A stretch of 64,000 nt of DNA. Source: Candidatus Cloacimonadales bacterium (GTDB lineage: Bacteria; Cloacimonadota; Cloacimonadia; Cloacimonadales; JAIOQZ01). Of this stretch, positions 9,448 to 20,589 are shown one piece after another; the stretch's first letter is position 1, and each line of letters begins with the position of its first letter. Position numbers and translations under genes: made by a program. The stretch is from the NCBI GenBank assembly GCA_963662655.2, contig CAXXTU010000002.1, positions 256,001 to 320,000 of the forward strand, read 5' to 3'. Below the pieces are notes generated by a model. That model was not told the origin of the DNA and searched no databases. It was given only the letters and a program-made list of their open reading frames with translations.

Positions 9448-10578
9448 ATGGTTGTGAGTCTTCCAGATATAAATATCGGCAATCTGCATGCCGAACATGC
9501 AATTATTCAGGGTGGAATGGGAGTCGGAATATCTCTATCCAACCTTGCATCTGCTGTGGCGGAACAGGGCGGAATCGGTGTGATTTCGTCTGTAGGACTG
9601 GGATTGATACATCCTGAAATGGGACGGAACTTCCACGAGGCCAATCTTAATGCCTTGAGAAATGAGATCCGTACTGCACGAAAGCAAACGAATGGCGTTC
9701 TTGGAGTCAATGTGATGGTGGCGGTATCTGACTATGACGATCTGGTATCGGTAGCCTTAGAAGAAAAGATCGATATCCTCTTCTTGGGTGCAGGATTACC
9801 GCTCAAACCACCAAGTCTCGTTTCCAGAAACGACCTCAGACGAGTCGAGACAAAAATCGCCGTAATCGTGTCATCAGAAAGAGCTGCAAGGATTGTTCTG
9901 AACACATGGGATAGGAAATTCTCGAGAGTGCCAGACGCTTTTGTTGTTGAAGGTCCCAAAGCGGGTGGGCATCTCGGTTTCAAGCGCGAGCAGATCGACG
10001 ATTCAAGTTTTTCGCTTGAGAGAATTCTTCCCGGCATCATCCATGTGGCGAACGAGTACTCCGCGAAATATCGAAGAGAAATTCCGGTAATAGCTGCCGG
10101 CGGAATCTTCAATGGAAAAGATATTCTGGATATCATGAGCCAGGGTGCGCAGGGTGTGCAGATGGGAACAAGATTCATTGCAACCGACGAGTGTGACGCC
10201 TCCGCCACTTTCAAAGATCAATTTATTCGTTGCGAATCGAAGGATATCGTGATAATCGATAGCCCGGTTGGGCTTCCTGGAAGGGCTATTGGTAATTCTT
10301 TCCTCGAACAAGTTAGTTGTGGCCAGAAGAAGCCCTTCAATTGCCCATGGAAGTGCCTTAAAAGTTGCGACTTCCATCACGCACCGTACTGCATTGCTCA
10401 GGCACTTAAAAATGCCAGAGAGGGTTTGTTCGATGACGGTTTCGCTTTCTCCGGCGCTAAAGCTTATTTGCTGGACCGAATTGTTTCTGTGAAAGAACTA
10501 TTCTCCAACCTTGCGAACGAGTATCAGAATGCATTCATCGACAGAGAGCTTGCAACGAACAGCTCCACGAGCATATAG
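9448..10578 (+). CDS. Nitronate monooxygenase family flavoprotein, FabX-like with C-terminal Cys cluster
   Basis: IIQGGMGVGIS, VEGPKAGGHLG, AAGGI, GVQMGTRF, CPWKCLKSC..YC. Confidence 0.85.
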   Translation: MVVSLPDINIGNLHAEHAIIQGGMGVGISLSNLASAVAEQGGIGVISSVGLGLIHPEMGRNFHEANLNALRNEIRTARKQTNGVLGVNVMVAVSDYDDLVSVALEEKIDILFLGAGLPLKPPSLVSRNDLRRVETKIAVIVSSERAARIVLNTWDRKFSRVPDAFVVEGPKAGGHLGFKREQIDDSSFSLERILPGIIHVANEYSAKYRREIPVIAAGGIFNGKDILDIMSQGAQGVQMGTRFIATDECDASATFKDQFIRCESKDIVIIDSPVGLPGRAIGNSFLEQVSCGQKKPFNCPWKCLKSCDFHHAPYCIAQALKNAREGLFDDGFAFSGAKAYLLDRIVSVKELFSNLANEYQNAFIDRELATNSSTSI

Positions 10579-10585
10579 ATTCTAT

Positions 10586-10624
10586 CTGGAACGCATAATT
10601 TCAACATAAGATTATGCGTTCCAG
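10586..10624. terminator. 14-bp stem-loop at convergent gene ends
   Basis: ctggaacgcataat / attatgcgttccag. Confidence 0.55.
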
Positions 10625-11686
10625 CCCTTTCCGCAATTCGTTTTCAGTCACGCCGTAACTGATTCTGATCCACCCTCTGCCCATCTCGCCAAACGCGGAT
10701 CCGGGGACGGTAATGACTCCCTCCGCGAGCAATCTCTTTACAAAATCGCTGTCCGGGCCTTCGACTTTAACAAACATATACGGCGCGGCGTCGTTGGGGA
10801 GGATGTCCCAACCTGAAAGTTTGTGCAGGACGATCTCGCGGTTTGCGGCGAGCTTATGGCGGAGCTGTTCATTCACTCGCCATCCATACTCGGAGAACAA
10901 ATCCACTGCCACTTCCTGAGATATCCTCGGGGCGCAGGTCGCGGTATACTGATGTATCCTGGTTGCAGCTTGAATCAGTTCTTTGCTCGCGTTGAGCCAG
11001 CCCAGTCGCCAGCCGGTCATTGCATGCGATTTCGAGAGCGCAGAGATCACGATGCACTTCTCGAAGCTTCCCGAGAAACTTTCCGGTCTTGTACCATGGA
11101 ATAGTTCGCGATATACTTCGTCCACGATGAGCCAGACGTCGTTCTTCCGGCAGAAATCGATGATAGCGCTGCGATCCGGTTCGCTCAGCGCGGTTCCAAG
11201 CGGATTGGACGGATTGCAGACGATCACCGCTTTGATGTTGCGGTGATCTGCCAGGTTTGCTCGATCGAGCTGGAAATGGTTTTCGGGATCGAATCGATAG
11301 GGAAGGGGTACGCCTCTGTAGTAGCGGACTAGGTTTGGATAGGCGAGATAGCCCGGATCCGGCACCAGAACGCTGTCGCCCGGCTCGATGATCGCTGCGA
11401 GCGCGATGAATATCGCTTCTTCCGCCCCGCAGGTCACGCAGATATTGCCGGGATCAACGCCATAGTGTTCGGCGAGTTTCCGCCTGAGCAAAGGCAGCCC
11501 AGCGTTGGGCGTATAGGTGATATCCCCGCGCTCGAGGGCGCGAAATCCGGCTTCCTTAATAAATGGATGGAGCGGGAACTTGAGTTCGCCCAGGCCGAGG
11601 TTGATTGCTCCAGCTGGCGCGTGATTGAATATCTCGCGAATCGGCGAAGGCCTGAGCTGGCGGGATCGGCCGGACAACTCCATCAT
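10601..11686 (-). CDS. PLP-dependent class I/II aminotransferase (possible DapC by context)
   Basis: [24 protein letters not shown]; coupled to dapD. Confidence 0.88.
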   Translation of the reverse strand: MMELSGRSRQLRPSPIREIFNHAPAGAINLGLGELKFPLHPFIKEAGFRALERGDITYTPNAGLPLLRRKLAEHYGVDPGNICVTCGAEEAIFIALAAIIEPGDSVLVPDPGYLAYPNLVRYYRGVPLPYRFDPENHFQLDRANLADHRNIKAVIVCNPSNPLGTALSEPDRSAIIDFCRKNDVWLIVDEVYRELFHGTRPESFSGSFEKCIVISALSKSHAMTGWRLGWLNASKELIQAATRIHQYTATCAPRISQEVAVDLFSEYGWRVNEQLRHKLAANREIVLHKLSGWDILPNDAAPYMFVKVEGPDSDFVKRLLAEGVITVPGSAFGEMGRGWIRISYGVTENELRKGLERIILC

Positions 11687-12495
11687 CGTAGGGTGTCCTC
11701 GAGCGTCACCGAGACATCGCTTTTTTCGTCGCGATACTTGATAATGATGGGGCAGTACACGGAAAAACCTTCATGACCTTTAAGTGGACGGCTCCCCGGC
11801 ACGATGACGGCTCCTTCGGGGATCCGCCGTTTGGAGCGATCGAGGAATTCGCCGTTGACCGCGTCGTAGACGGGCGTGCTTTGGGTGATGATCACGCCGG
11901 CGGCGATGATCGCGCGATTTCCCACGATGATTCCGTCGAATATCCCGGAGTTCCCACCGATGAATACGTCGTCCTCGATGATGACCGGCTGCGCTCCGAT
12001 TGGCTCGAGCACGCCTCCGAGAATCGCACCCGCGCTAAGATGAACACGCCTTCCCACTTGGGCGCAACTGCCCACGAGCGCGTGCGAATCGATCATGGAA
12101 CCTTCGTCGACATATCCGCCGACATTGATGTACGACGGAGGCATCACCACGACGGATTTTGCCAGAAACGAGCCGGTGCGCACGGATGTTCCGCCCGGGA
12201 CGACACGTACGCCGTCTTCGATCTCGAAGCTTCTTTCGGGGTAGGTGCTCTTATCGATGAAGTACTTCATCCGGCTTTGGGGCATCTTCTCCAGCGAGCC
12301 CATGCGGAACCCGATCAGGATTCCCTTCTTGATCCAGCCGTTGACCTGCCACGTGCAATCGATCTTCTCAGCAGCGCGGATTTCACCGCGGTTGAGCGCT
12401 TCGATGAAACGGGCGAACAGATCTCGATCCTGTTCTGAATATTTCTCCGGGGGATTGTTATATAGATTTTCAATAGCGTTTTTCAGGTTGTCCAT
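11683..12495 (-). CDS. dapD: Tetrahydrodipicolinate N-succinyltransferase
   Basis: GEIRAAE, WIKKGIL, RVVPGG, SCAQVG, GGVLEP hexapeptide repeats; start MDNLK at 12495. Confidence 0.92.
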   Translation of the reverse strand: MDNLKNAIENLYNNPPEKYSEQDRDLFARFIEALNRGEIRAAEKIDCTWQVNGWIKKGILIGFRMGSLEKMPQSRMKYFIDKSTYPERSFEIEDGVRVVPGGTSVRTGSFLAKSVVVMPPSYINVGGYVDEGSMIDSHALVGSCAQVGRRVHLSAGAILGGVLEPIGAQPVIIEDDVFIGGNSGIFDGIIVGNRAIIAAGVIITQSTPVYDAVNGEFLDRSKRRIPEGAVIVPGSRPLKGHEGFSVYCPIIIKYRDEKSDVSVTLEDTLR

Positions 12496-13486
12496 ATTTT
12501 CTCCTGTGTTCTCTGATGTTGGCAAAAACATTGATCTCTTGCGCGATGCGACCAGGGTTCATCACGTGGACCGCAGCACCGATATCGGCGGCGACCTTGG
12601 GCATTCCATAGACCACGCACGTGGCTTCATCCTGCGCGACGGTGTGCCAGCCGGCCTTACGAAGCTCCAGAAGCCCCCATGCGCCATCCTCGCCCATTCC
12701 GGTGAGTAGAACAGCCATGCCGGGAGGTTGTCGCTCGACGATGCTGTTGAAAAATACGTCTACTGATGGGTGATAGAATCGCTGTGTGGGATCGTCGCGA
12801 TAACGGAAACGATTCCAGCGCGTGAGGACGAGATGTTCGTCGGTGGCTGCCAGGTAGATGTTGTTATCACGGGGAGAATCGCCGGATTGTGCGACCTGCA
12901 CGGGGATTTCCGTGTATTTCTGCATCCAGTCCACCATGCCTACGGCAAAGCTCCTGGCTATATGCAATATGATAATTACCGCGGCAGGCAGCGGTTCGTT
13001 CAGCTTTTCCATGATGGAGGTGAGGATTCCCGGTCCACCGGTGGAGGCTCCGATCGCGACAAGCGTTGGAAGGTTCGCCTCGCTGGATTCCGTCGTCATC
13101 GGGCTGGATAGATTTCCAAGATTGCGGATTTTACGAACGAACTCCACGAGGTTTTCGGCTGTCGGATCCTTGGGGACAATCGCGCGGTCGGTGGCTCCGG
13201 CCGCCATCAATTCGAATATGAAGCGGGTGTCGCGTCCCAGATTGTGCGCGATGACCAGCACCTGGCATTTCCATACCTTGAGTAGGTCCTCGACGGTCTT
13301 TTTAGCTACGACAAGCGGAATGTCGATGGCGATCATGAATACGTCCACGCGTTGCCTGCGGTGGAGCTCAACCGCCTCGGGGCCCGTCCTTGCTGCCCAG
13401 AGGATTTCGAGATCGTTCTCCGAGCGAGTCAGCGAGTAGATCAAGCCGGATAGCTGCCCGGATATGGTGAAAATCCCGATCTTCAA
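12470..13486 (-). CDS. cheB: Protein-glutamate methylesterase, WspF-like, degenerate receiver domain
   Basis: GASTGGP (Ser), ILHI (His), [13 protein letters not shown] (Asp), VVYGMP. Confidence 0.88.
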   Translation of the reverse strand: MKIGIFTISGQLSGLIYSLTRSENDLEILWAARTGPEAVELHRRQRVDVFMIAIDIPLVVAKKTVEDLLKVWKCQVLVIAHNLGRDTRFIFELMAAGATDRAIVPKDPTAENLVEFVRKIRNLGNLSSPMTTESSEANLPTLVAIGASTGGPGILTSIMEKLNEPLPAAVIIILHIARSFAVGMVDWMQKYTEIPVQVAQSGDSPRDNNIYLAATDEHLVLTRWNRFRYRDDPTQRFYHPSVDVFFNSIVERQPPGMAVLLTGMGEDGAWGLLELRKAGWHTVAQDEATCVVYGMPKVAADIGAAVHVMNPGRIAQEINVFANIREHRRKYGQPEKRY

Positions 13487-15294
13487 GATACGTCGCTTTC
13501 TCCGGAGTCGATGCCCCTGAAATATTTCAGCTCTTGCTGGAGATTAGCAGCCGCTTCCTTGAGCTGTCGCGTGGTCTTTTCGAAGTCCGCGATGGAGTCG
13601 GATGTCTTGAAGGCTGTCTGATTGAGGTCGGACATGGCGGTGCTGATTTGTCCGGCGCCTTCCGACTGCATCTGTATCTGCGCTTCCACTTCCTCGAAGC
13701 GAGGCGTGAGTTGTTGCACCTTCTCGATGATCCTTTCCAGCTTGGAGATGATACCCTGGACATCTTCCGTTCCACTTCGCACGCGGTGCATGAACTTCTC
13801 CATCTCCATCACGCCGGAGGAGACCGAGTTGTACATCTCCTTGATCATTTTGCCGATGTCCATGGTTGCAACGGCCGTTTGATCGGCGAGGCGACGGATT
13901 TCCCGCGCTACGACGGAGAATCCCTTGCCGTATTCGCCGGCTTTTTCCGCCTCGATCGCCGCGTTCAGCGAAAGGAGATTCGTCTTCTCGGCTACTTTGG
14001 AGATGGTGGTCGTGATTGTATTGATATTTTCCGTTCGTTCGTTGATGATGGTGAGCTTGTCCGAGATCGAGATGGAGGCGTCGAGTAGTTCGCGCATGGT
14101 TTTGTCCATCTGTATCAGGTCGTTCTTGCCGGTTCCGGCCAGGTCGGCGGTGTCGTTGGCGGAGTCGGTCACTTCGCTCATGGTCTGAACCAGCTCGCGG
14201 GATGTGGCGGAAATCTGCCTGGAGGCGGCCACCACCTGGTTGGTGGAAGAGCCGAGTCCGTTGATGTTATCCTGTTGCTGAAGCGCGGTTGCCGAAATCT
14301 CCGTGGCTGTCGAGATGAGGCTGATCACGGACCGCTTCACCTCCACGAGTAACGACTGGAAATGGAATTTCATCTCGTTGAAGGCATTCGCGAGCTGCTG
14401 TTGCTCGGTGGAGCCCTGCGGTGAGAAATCGGTGGAGAAATCTCCCTTGGACATTGATTCCACATGGTCCCGTAGACGCAGTACGGGCTTGGAGATGCGG
14501 TGCGAGAACCACACGCCGAATCCAATGGCAACGAGCAGAATCAGGAAATCTACCAGGAAGCCTACCATATAGAGGTGCTTCTTGATTCGTGTCGTCGTCT
14601 CGTCGAATCCCTTGTCGATCAGTGCGATGTGTGCGTTCGACTCTTTCTCGATCTGCTCGTGTACCGGCATGAAGTAGGCGTCGATGTTGACGGCAGCCAC
14701 GAGGATGAGTTTTGTGCCGGGTATATGACGGAGCACCATGAACTTGCGGCGCTCGTTGTTCTCTTTGTCCAGAAAGGTGTAGTATCCCTTGATGTGATCC
14801 TGCGTAAACGATTGCTCCACAAGGTCCCACATGACGGGGAACTGCTCCTGCCACTCGTTGAAATTGCGGCCTTCGATATCCTTATTCGGATGGAGGATCG
14901 AGATTCCTTTGTTGTCTAGAACATCCATGTATCCGGCCTTGCGGTCGTCGATGTGAATATCCTGTGTGGCGACGGCTCGCACCGGTTCATCTTTTCGGAG
15001 CTTGTTATAGTTGTTGGCGTCTTTCCCTTTCAACATCCAGGAAAGCTCGACGACCGCTGTGTTGGCCTGCGCTTCGACCAGCTTCTCGCCGTATCGACTC
15101 AGTACATTCTCCGAAAGCCGGTAATTGACTTCCGCGATGGATGTCGCCTGTTTCGAGGCAATGGAATGAACTTCGTCAACGATGGTTGAAAGCACGAGGC
15201 TGGTGAGGACCGCGGCGCTCGCCATAACCACGACGATGATCGTGAGATAGGACAGCATCAGCGATGTGCGAATCTTTACGCTTCTCAATGGCAT
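13483..15294 (-). CDS. Methyl-accepting chemotaxis protein (Cache-like sensor, HAMP), WspA-like
   Basis: Two [39 protein letters not shown] signalling hairpin. Confidence 0.92.
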   Translation of the reverse strand: MPLRSVKIRTSLMLSYLTIIVVVMASAAVLTSLVLSTIVDEVHSIASKQATSIAEVNYRLSENVLSRYGEKLVEAQANTAVVELSWMLKGKDANNYNKLRKDEPVRAVATQDIHIDDRKAGYMDVLDNKGISILHPNKDIEGRNFNEWQEQFPVMWDLVEQSFTQDHIKGYYTFLDKENNERRKFMVLRHIPGTKLILVAAVNIDAYFMPVHEQIEKESNAHIALIDKGFDETTTRIKKHLYMVGFLVDFLILLVAIGFGVWFSHRISKPVLRLRDHVESMSKGDFSTDFSPQGSTEQQQLANAFNEMKFHFQSLLVEVKRSVISLISTATEISATALQQQDNINGLGSSTNQVVAASRQISATSRELVQTMSEVTDSANDTADLAGTGKNDLIQMDKTMRELLDASISISDKLTIINERTENINTITTTISKVAEKTNLLSLNAAIEAEKAGEYGKGFSVVAREIRRLADQTAVATMDIGKMIKEMYNSVSSGVMEMEKFMHRVRSGTEDVQGIISKLERIIEKVQQLTPRFEEVEAQIQMQSEGAGQISTAMSDLNQTAFKTSDSIADFEKTTRQLKEAAANLQQELKYFRGIDSGESDVS

Positions 15295-15431
15295 TGGATA
15301 CTCCCGCCTGAATTTCTTGCAGGAAACTATGTAATACCACCGATTCTACGTCAATCTTTTCTCGAAAATCATCCTTTCGTCGTTTGCATCGCCTCGAAAT
15401 GTGATTGCTTTCGCCTGTTTTGCCGGGGAAA

Positions 15432-17972
15432 TTACTTCAGAAGCAGCATTCTCCTCGTTAGCGATTTACCCGTTGTCTCGATTCGGTAGAAATATACACC
15501 GCTTGAAACGTTCTTGCCATTGTTGTCGATTCCCTTCCAGATAACGTCGTGTGCGCCAGCGCTTTGGATATCGTCCACAAGCGTGGCGACCTTCTGACCG
15601 CGAATGTTGAAAACTTCCAGGAGAACATGGCTGTCTTGCGGAATGGAATAGCGGATCGCCGTCTCTGGATTGAACGGATTCGGGACGTTTTGCGCCAGTG
15701 TCATTCGATAAGGCTCTACATCGACTTCGGAACTCATCTCGCCGGTCGTGAAGCTGAACGTGCGCTCCGCCTGGATGCGATTGTCGTCTTTCACCATCAT
15801 GGTCAGTTGCCATGTCTGATCGTCTTCAATCGGGGTTCCCGAGAAAATCCCGTCCTCGCTAAGAATCATTCCTTCAGGGGTTTCCGGATACTCGTAATAG
15901 CATGAGTATGCTGGGAATATCTGCTCGTTTCCGGAGATCGAGAGCATATCGAAATTCACGCCGTCGCCTTTGGATACTCCCGCCGCCCAATTGCTGCTGG
16001 GATCGACATTCCCGTAGAAGAACTCGATCTTGCCATCGTTGTGGAGAAATGCCATCATCTCCAGGTCGAAACCGGGATCGTCGTAGCGAGAGGCTTTCCA
16101 CTTGATCTTCGCTCTGCGGGAATCGGTTTCGAACCAGATGCCGTCGCCGAGATCCGGAAAAAGCATCAGGTCTGATCCGTAAGGCGTAATGATGCGTTGA
16201 TTGATAATGGCGTTCTCGTTTCGCGCGCTGGTGGAGCCGTAATCGAAGCCGATGCTTCCATCCGTTCCTATGTAGATAAAGTCATGGATTTCGCCGTAAA
16301 AGGGGAAGTTGAACGGCAGCAACTGCATGGTGGAGCTGTCGTCGTAACCGGTCAGGTAGAGCTGCGTACCCTCGAAATCCGGATAATCCGATGTCGTCTC
16401 GATATCGGAGTAGTCCATCAGCATACTCCAGCGATAGGGCGGTTGCCCGTTCTCGGCAACCAGTTGGAACGAGTATGGCTCATTGACATCCGCTTCCGGT
16501 AAATCCTGCGGGGGAATCGTCACGCGGTCGAACTCGATGCTGGCGTTGACCGGGCAGTAGGTGATCCCATGGTTCTCGATGGGGACGGATGTCTCGCTCC
16601 AGGCGGTTTCAATTGGCTCGTCCTGGGTTTCATTGATGAACGAAAGAAAATCCACCGAGCCCTCGCCAATTCCATCCGGATCGTTCTCTTCCACGATGAG
16701 GAAGAAGCGGAATTCCTCGCCAAGCTCCACATAGCTCAGGAGCGGCGTGACGTCCAGCCCGATCTCGATGGTTTTGTCCGCAAGGGTCGTTCCGCCTTGC
16801 ATGTAGCGCTCGCCTCCCTGATAATTGAACATCGGATAGGAAATGGTGTAAGTGGGTTCGGTCGCTTCGGGATCCGCCGAGACTCCCGCGGATAGCCTGA
16901 TTTTGTTTCTGCAATCATGGGTAAGGGTGACCTTCGCGGTTGCGAGGGGTTGATACGTCTGTTTGGCTCGCATGACGTGAACGGTGTTGTTCCATACGCC
17001 TCCTTCTGATACGTCCAGCGCGAGAAGCCTGTACATCATGTATATCTTGCCGTCGTCTCCCCAGTCGTTTCCCCAGCTGTTGGCCACGATCAGAGCGCCG
17101 ATTTCCCAATCGCGCATATCGACGATGTTATCGCCGTTGGTGTCGATGTCGTTGGTGTACCGGCCATCGTTATTGTAGTCGTATCGGATGGAATCGTTGT
17201 ATCCGACGAACGTCATGGCGTGATTCATGACATCGCCCCACTGTATTACGCACTGTATGCCGGGCTCGGGATTGTAGTCGAACAGATAAACGGTCTGCAT
17301 TTCTGTAACACCGCAGGCGAAGTTCGCCAGGCCGCCGATTTCCGAGCCGTCGAGGTGGTCGTTCATCCACGCCTTGAGTGTTTCGAGACCGAGGGTGTCG
17401 CCAACGAAGATGGAAGAGACTTCCAGAACGCGGTTTTCCATTCCGGCGCGGTATTCGTCGTAACCGCTCATCCATCTCGTGCGCCCGCCCGTCGCGATGC
17501 CACCTCCATAGGTTTGCGTATTGGGGCATCCGTTCGCGTCGATGATGTTCCAGCCGTCCCAATACCACGATCCGCCTTCTTCACCGCCGTTCAGGAAGTT
17601 CCAGGTATAGTGGGTCGGATACACGTTTTCGGCAGTGTTCGCGTTGATGTCACGCTCCCAGTCGATCTCATACGTGAAGTTGTATCCGATACCGCTGGCT
17701 TGTCCGCAGCTTCCGCCATCCTGGTTGAAGATCGGGCGAAAATACGGGTAAAGCGAGTTGTCAACGGATGCCGGCCTGTTCCTAACCGCCTGGTCCCGGG
17801 TGAGTCTGAGATTCGGAAGCGATTCCAGATAGAGGGAGTCGGCGTGCGTGAGCGGTCGAAGTCCTCCCGCCAGCCAAGGCTCGCCGAAAGGATCGGGATT
17901 CAGATTGATCAGTTCCGCCAGGAGAATTACCTGCGCTATCAACAATATTGAAAGTAACATAAGCCTTTTCAT
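15432..17972 (-). CDS. Secreted papain-like (C1A) cysteine peptidase with FlgD-Ig/T9SS-type tail
   Basis: QDGGSCG (Cys), HAMTFVGY (His), NSWG (Asn), DxNxDG calcium-binding-like loops, VPNPFNPET tail. Confidence 0.85.
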   Translation of the reverse strand: MKRLMLLSILLIAQVILLAELINLNPDPFGEPWLAGGLRPLTHADSLYLESLPNLRLTRDQAVRNRPASVDNSLYPYFRPIFNQDGGSCGQASGIGYNFTYEIDWERDINANTAENVYPTHYTWNFLNGGEEGGSWYWDGWNIIDANGCPNTQTYGGGIATGGRTRWMSGYDEYRAGMENRVLEVSSIFVGDTLGLETLKAWMNDHLDGSEIGGLANFACGVTEMQTVYLFDYNPEPGIQCVIQWGDVMNHAMTFVGYNDSIRYDYNNDGRYTNDIDTNGDNIVDMRDWEIGALIVANSWGNDWGDDGKIYMMYRLLALDVSEGGVWNNTVHVMRAKQTYQPLATAKVTLTHDCRNKIRLSAGVSADPEATEPTYTISYPMFNYQGGERYMQGGTTLADKTIEIGLDVTPLLSYVELGEEFRFFLIVEENDPDGIGEGSVDFLSFINETQDEPIETAWSETSVPIENHGITYCPVNASIEFDRVTIPPQDLPEADVNEPYSFQLVAENGQPPYRWSMLMDYSDIETTSDYPDFEGTQLYLTGYDDSSTMQLLPFNFPFYGEIHDFIYIGTDGSIGFDYGSTSARNENAIINQRIITPYGSDLMLFPDLGDGIWFETDSRRAKIKWKASRYDDPGFDLEMMAFLHNDGKIEFFYGNVDPSSNWAAGVSKGDGVNFDMLSISGNEQIFPAYSCYYEYPETPEGMILSEDGIFSGTPIEDDQTWQLTMMVKDDNRIQAERTFSFTTGEMSSEVDVEPYRMTLAQNVPNPFNPETAIRYSIPQDSHVLLEVFNIRGQKVATLVDDIQSAGAHDVIWKGIDNNGKNVSSGVYFYRIETTGKSLTRRMLLLK

Positions 17973-18111
17973 ATATACACCTCGCTTGTCATGTCAACTT
18001 GCAACTTCCGTTCCTGAAGCATCTTGGATGAATTTGATTTATTTTATTTTACGCAACAAAAATGATTGACATTGAAAATTCTGTCGATATTTTTTCGATA
18101 GGAAGGTGTAA

Positions 18112-19101
18112 ATGAAAAGGAAATTCTGGATTCCTCTGCTGGGCTTGCTCATTGTTTTCACTGTGGCTACCGTTTTGCTCTATTGCAAGGATAAGAGATG
18201 CACGCTCTATCCCGTGCGTTTCGGATATGCCGAGTCTCTCAATTTTTTACCCTCGCTGGCGGACGATATCAAAGCGTATGAGGAGAATTGCATTAAAATC
18301 GAGCCGACACTGTATGGGACGGGCAAACAAGCTCTTGCGGGGCTTGTCGCGGGGGATGTCGATTTTTGCGTTGCCGGCCTTGGACCTTACGTGTACAGTT
18401 CGGTGGCGAATGACTCGCTACAAATCATTGCGTCCGTAGCGACGTTCTACAATCTATACCATGTTCTTGCCCGGGAAGATCGTGGCATTCACGAGCCCAT
18501 CGATCTGATCGGGAAAACCATCGGGACGACAAAAGGTTCTTCCATCCATTACTTCCTGAACAATTTTCTCCTGGAAAATCGAATTCCCGAAGAAGAAGTG
18601 CATTTCGTCTTCGATAAAGCAGGCAATCTCACGGACTTGATGATTTCCGGGAAGCTGGACGCAATCTGTTTGCGGGATCCGTATCTTGAGAAGATCGATA
18701 CGGCATTGAAGGGGAAAATCAACCGATTCAGCAGTCCCGAATTGCCTTCGAATACCTTGAACATCGTCACGACGAAGCAGTTCATTCGTGTACATCCTGA
18801 GGTCGTCTATGGATTCATCGCAGCGATTTATGAAGCCGAACTGGCATATCTGGACAAGACAGACGGGTACAAGGTTTTTTATTCAATGTTGAGTCCTGAG
18901 ATGAAAAGAAACTGGTCCAATCCCGAAACACGCTTGCACGTCTCTCTCGAGCAGAACCTGATTCTCGAGATGGAAAATATCGCGCGGTGGATGGTGCGAA
19001 TGGAGTTGATGCGCTGCGATGTCATCCCCGATTATCAGGATCGCATCGACACAACGTTTCTTGCTCAGGCCAATCCTCATGCAATCACCATTATTCAATA
19101 A
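18112..19101 (+). CDS. SsuA/THI5/NrtA-like solute-binding protein
   Basis: GKQALAGLVAGDVD, DLIGKTIGTTKGSS, GKLDAI. Confidence 0.85.
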   Translation: MKRKFWIPLLGLLIVFTVATVLLYCKDKRCTLYPVRFGYAESLNFLPSLADDIKAYEENCIKIEPTLYGTGKQALAGLVAGDVDFCVAGLGPYVYSSVANDSLQIIASVATFYNLYHVLAREDRGIHEPIDLIGKTIGTTKGSSIHYFLNNFLLENRIPEEEVHFVFDKAGNLTDLMISGKLDAICLRDPYLEKIDTALKGKINRFSSPELPSNTLNIVTTKQFIRVHPEVVYGFIAAIYEAELAYLDKTDGYKVFYSMLSPEMKRNWSNPETRLHVSLEQNLILEMENIARWMVRMELMRCDVIPDYQDRIDTTFLAQANPHAITIIQ

Positions 19102-19107
19102 AGCGCT

Positions 19108-20583
19108 ATGAAAATCAAGCATAAACTGAGGCTAAACATTTATCTGACGCTGTTCTTCGTCATCGTGGCGGGTTTTGTTATTTGGGGCGGAAACCGCGAG
19201 GCAGATCGCTTGGGAAAATTGTCTTTGGAGACATCCAACATTGTCAAATCCGTCACGGAACTGGAGACGTTGACCCATCAATACCTCCTGTATGTGGAGT
19301 CATCGCAGAAAAGTGTTTCCGAAACCCGGCAGCAGGATCAATGGCAGCACAAGTACAACTCGCTCATACAGCAGATCAATTCGACATCCTTCGTGGAGAA
19401 GGAGGAAGTTCGGATTTATAAGCAAGTCCAGATGAATATAGGGAAATTGCACAACCAGTACCGGAAGCTTCAGGCCGAGATCAAGCGCATGAGTAAACCG
19501 GACGCTCACAAGGAGATGACGAGGGAGAGAATCCAGAGTCTGTCGGATCAGATCCTCGTGTCCTCTCAGGAACTTGTGTCGTACGCCTTTGTTCTGCAGA
19601 ACATCGTGCGGGATAAAACGATATCGTCGCAAAAGAGAATAAACCTGTATATCTTCCTATTGAGCCTATTGCTCGTTCTCGTCATTGCGGTGGTGAATCA
19701 GTTCACCGCGACCAATGTTATTCGGGCGACGGATTATCTGATGAAGGATATCGATTATATCTCCAACGGTAACCTCGATTATCAGGTCGCCATACGTTCG
19801 AAGGACGAAATAGGCGTTCTTGCCGCAACAATCAACCGTATGACGGCTCGCTTGAAAAACCTGATCACGACCCGAGACGCGCTTGTTAAAGAGATTGACG
19901 AGCGTATGAAAATCGATGCAGCGCTCCAGGAATCGAACCAGACGCTCGAGACGATTCTTTCATCCTCTCCGATCGGGATCGCCATGATCCAGAATGAAGC
20001 GGTGCGATGGGCAAATTCGGGAATGAAGCAGATTTTCCAGTACGATGACGACGATCCTCTTACGGATATTCAGCTCCCAACGCTTTTTGTTTCCACGAGC
20101 GAGTACAAGCGTATTCAAGAATTGAAAAGAGAGATGCTGGCGAAGAATCTCCCTGTGGAGACGGACGCTCATTGCTGTCGCAGGGATGGAAGCAGCTTCC
20201 CGGGGCATTTGAAGATCAGCAACATCGATCAAGATTCGGATGTGGACCGGTTGATCATTACGCTTTCGGACGAATCCTGGCGGAAGATGGCCGAAGCGGA
20301 GAAGCTGATGAAGGAGAAACTCGAGGTGTCGCTTGAACTCGCGGGAGCGATTTGCCACGAGATGAATCAGCCGTTGCAGTATCTGAGCAGCGCCGTTGAG
20401 CTTCGACTGATGTCGGAGGCTACTGACAAGGGGAGTAATACTTTCGAGAAGATCAAGAGTCAGGTCGATCGACTCGGCGATATAACACGCAAACTTCAGA
20501 ATATCACACAGTACAAGACGCAGGACTACGTCGAAGGGAACAAAATCCTCGATCTGGATGGCTCTTCGAACCAGGAAGAATAA
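19108..20583 (+). CDS. Membrane sensor: HAMP-PAS-HisKA dimerisation domain, no HATPase domain
   Basis: Two TM, DEIGVLA HAMP, SSPIGI...RRDGSSF PAS, CHEMNQPL H-box about 75 aa from the stop. Confidence 0.8.
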   Translation: MKIKHKLRLNIYLTLFFVIVAGFVIWGGNREADRLGKLSLETSNIVKSVTELETLTHQYLLYVESSQKSVSETRQQDQWQHKYNSLIQQINSTSFVEKEEVRIYKQVQMNIGKLHNQYRKLQAEIKRMSKPDAHKEMTRERIQSLSDQILVSSQELVSYAFVLQNIVRDKTISSQKRINLYIFLLSLLLVLVIAVVNQFTATNVIRATDYLMKDIDYISNGNLDYQVAIRSKDEIGVLAATINRMTARLKNLITTRDALVKEIDERMKIDAALQESNQTLETILSSSPIGIAMIQNEAVRWANSGMKQIFQYDDDDPLTDIQLPTLFVSTSEYKRIQELKREMLAKNLPVETDAHCCRRDGSSFPGHLKISNIDQDSDVDRLIITLSDESWRKMAEAEKLMKEKLEVSLELAGAICHEMNQPLQYLSSAVELRLMSEATDKGSNTFEKIKSQVDRLGDITRKLQNITQYKTQDYVEGNKILDLDGSSNQEE

Positions 20584-20589
20584 GCATCG

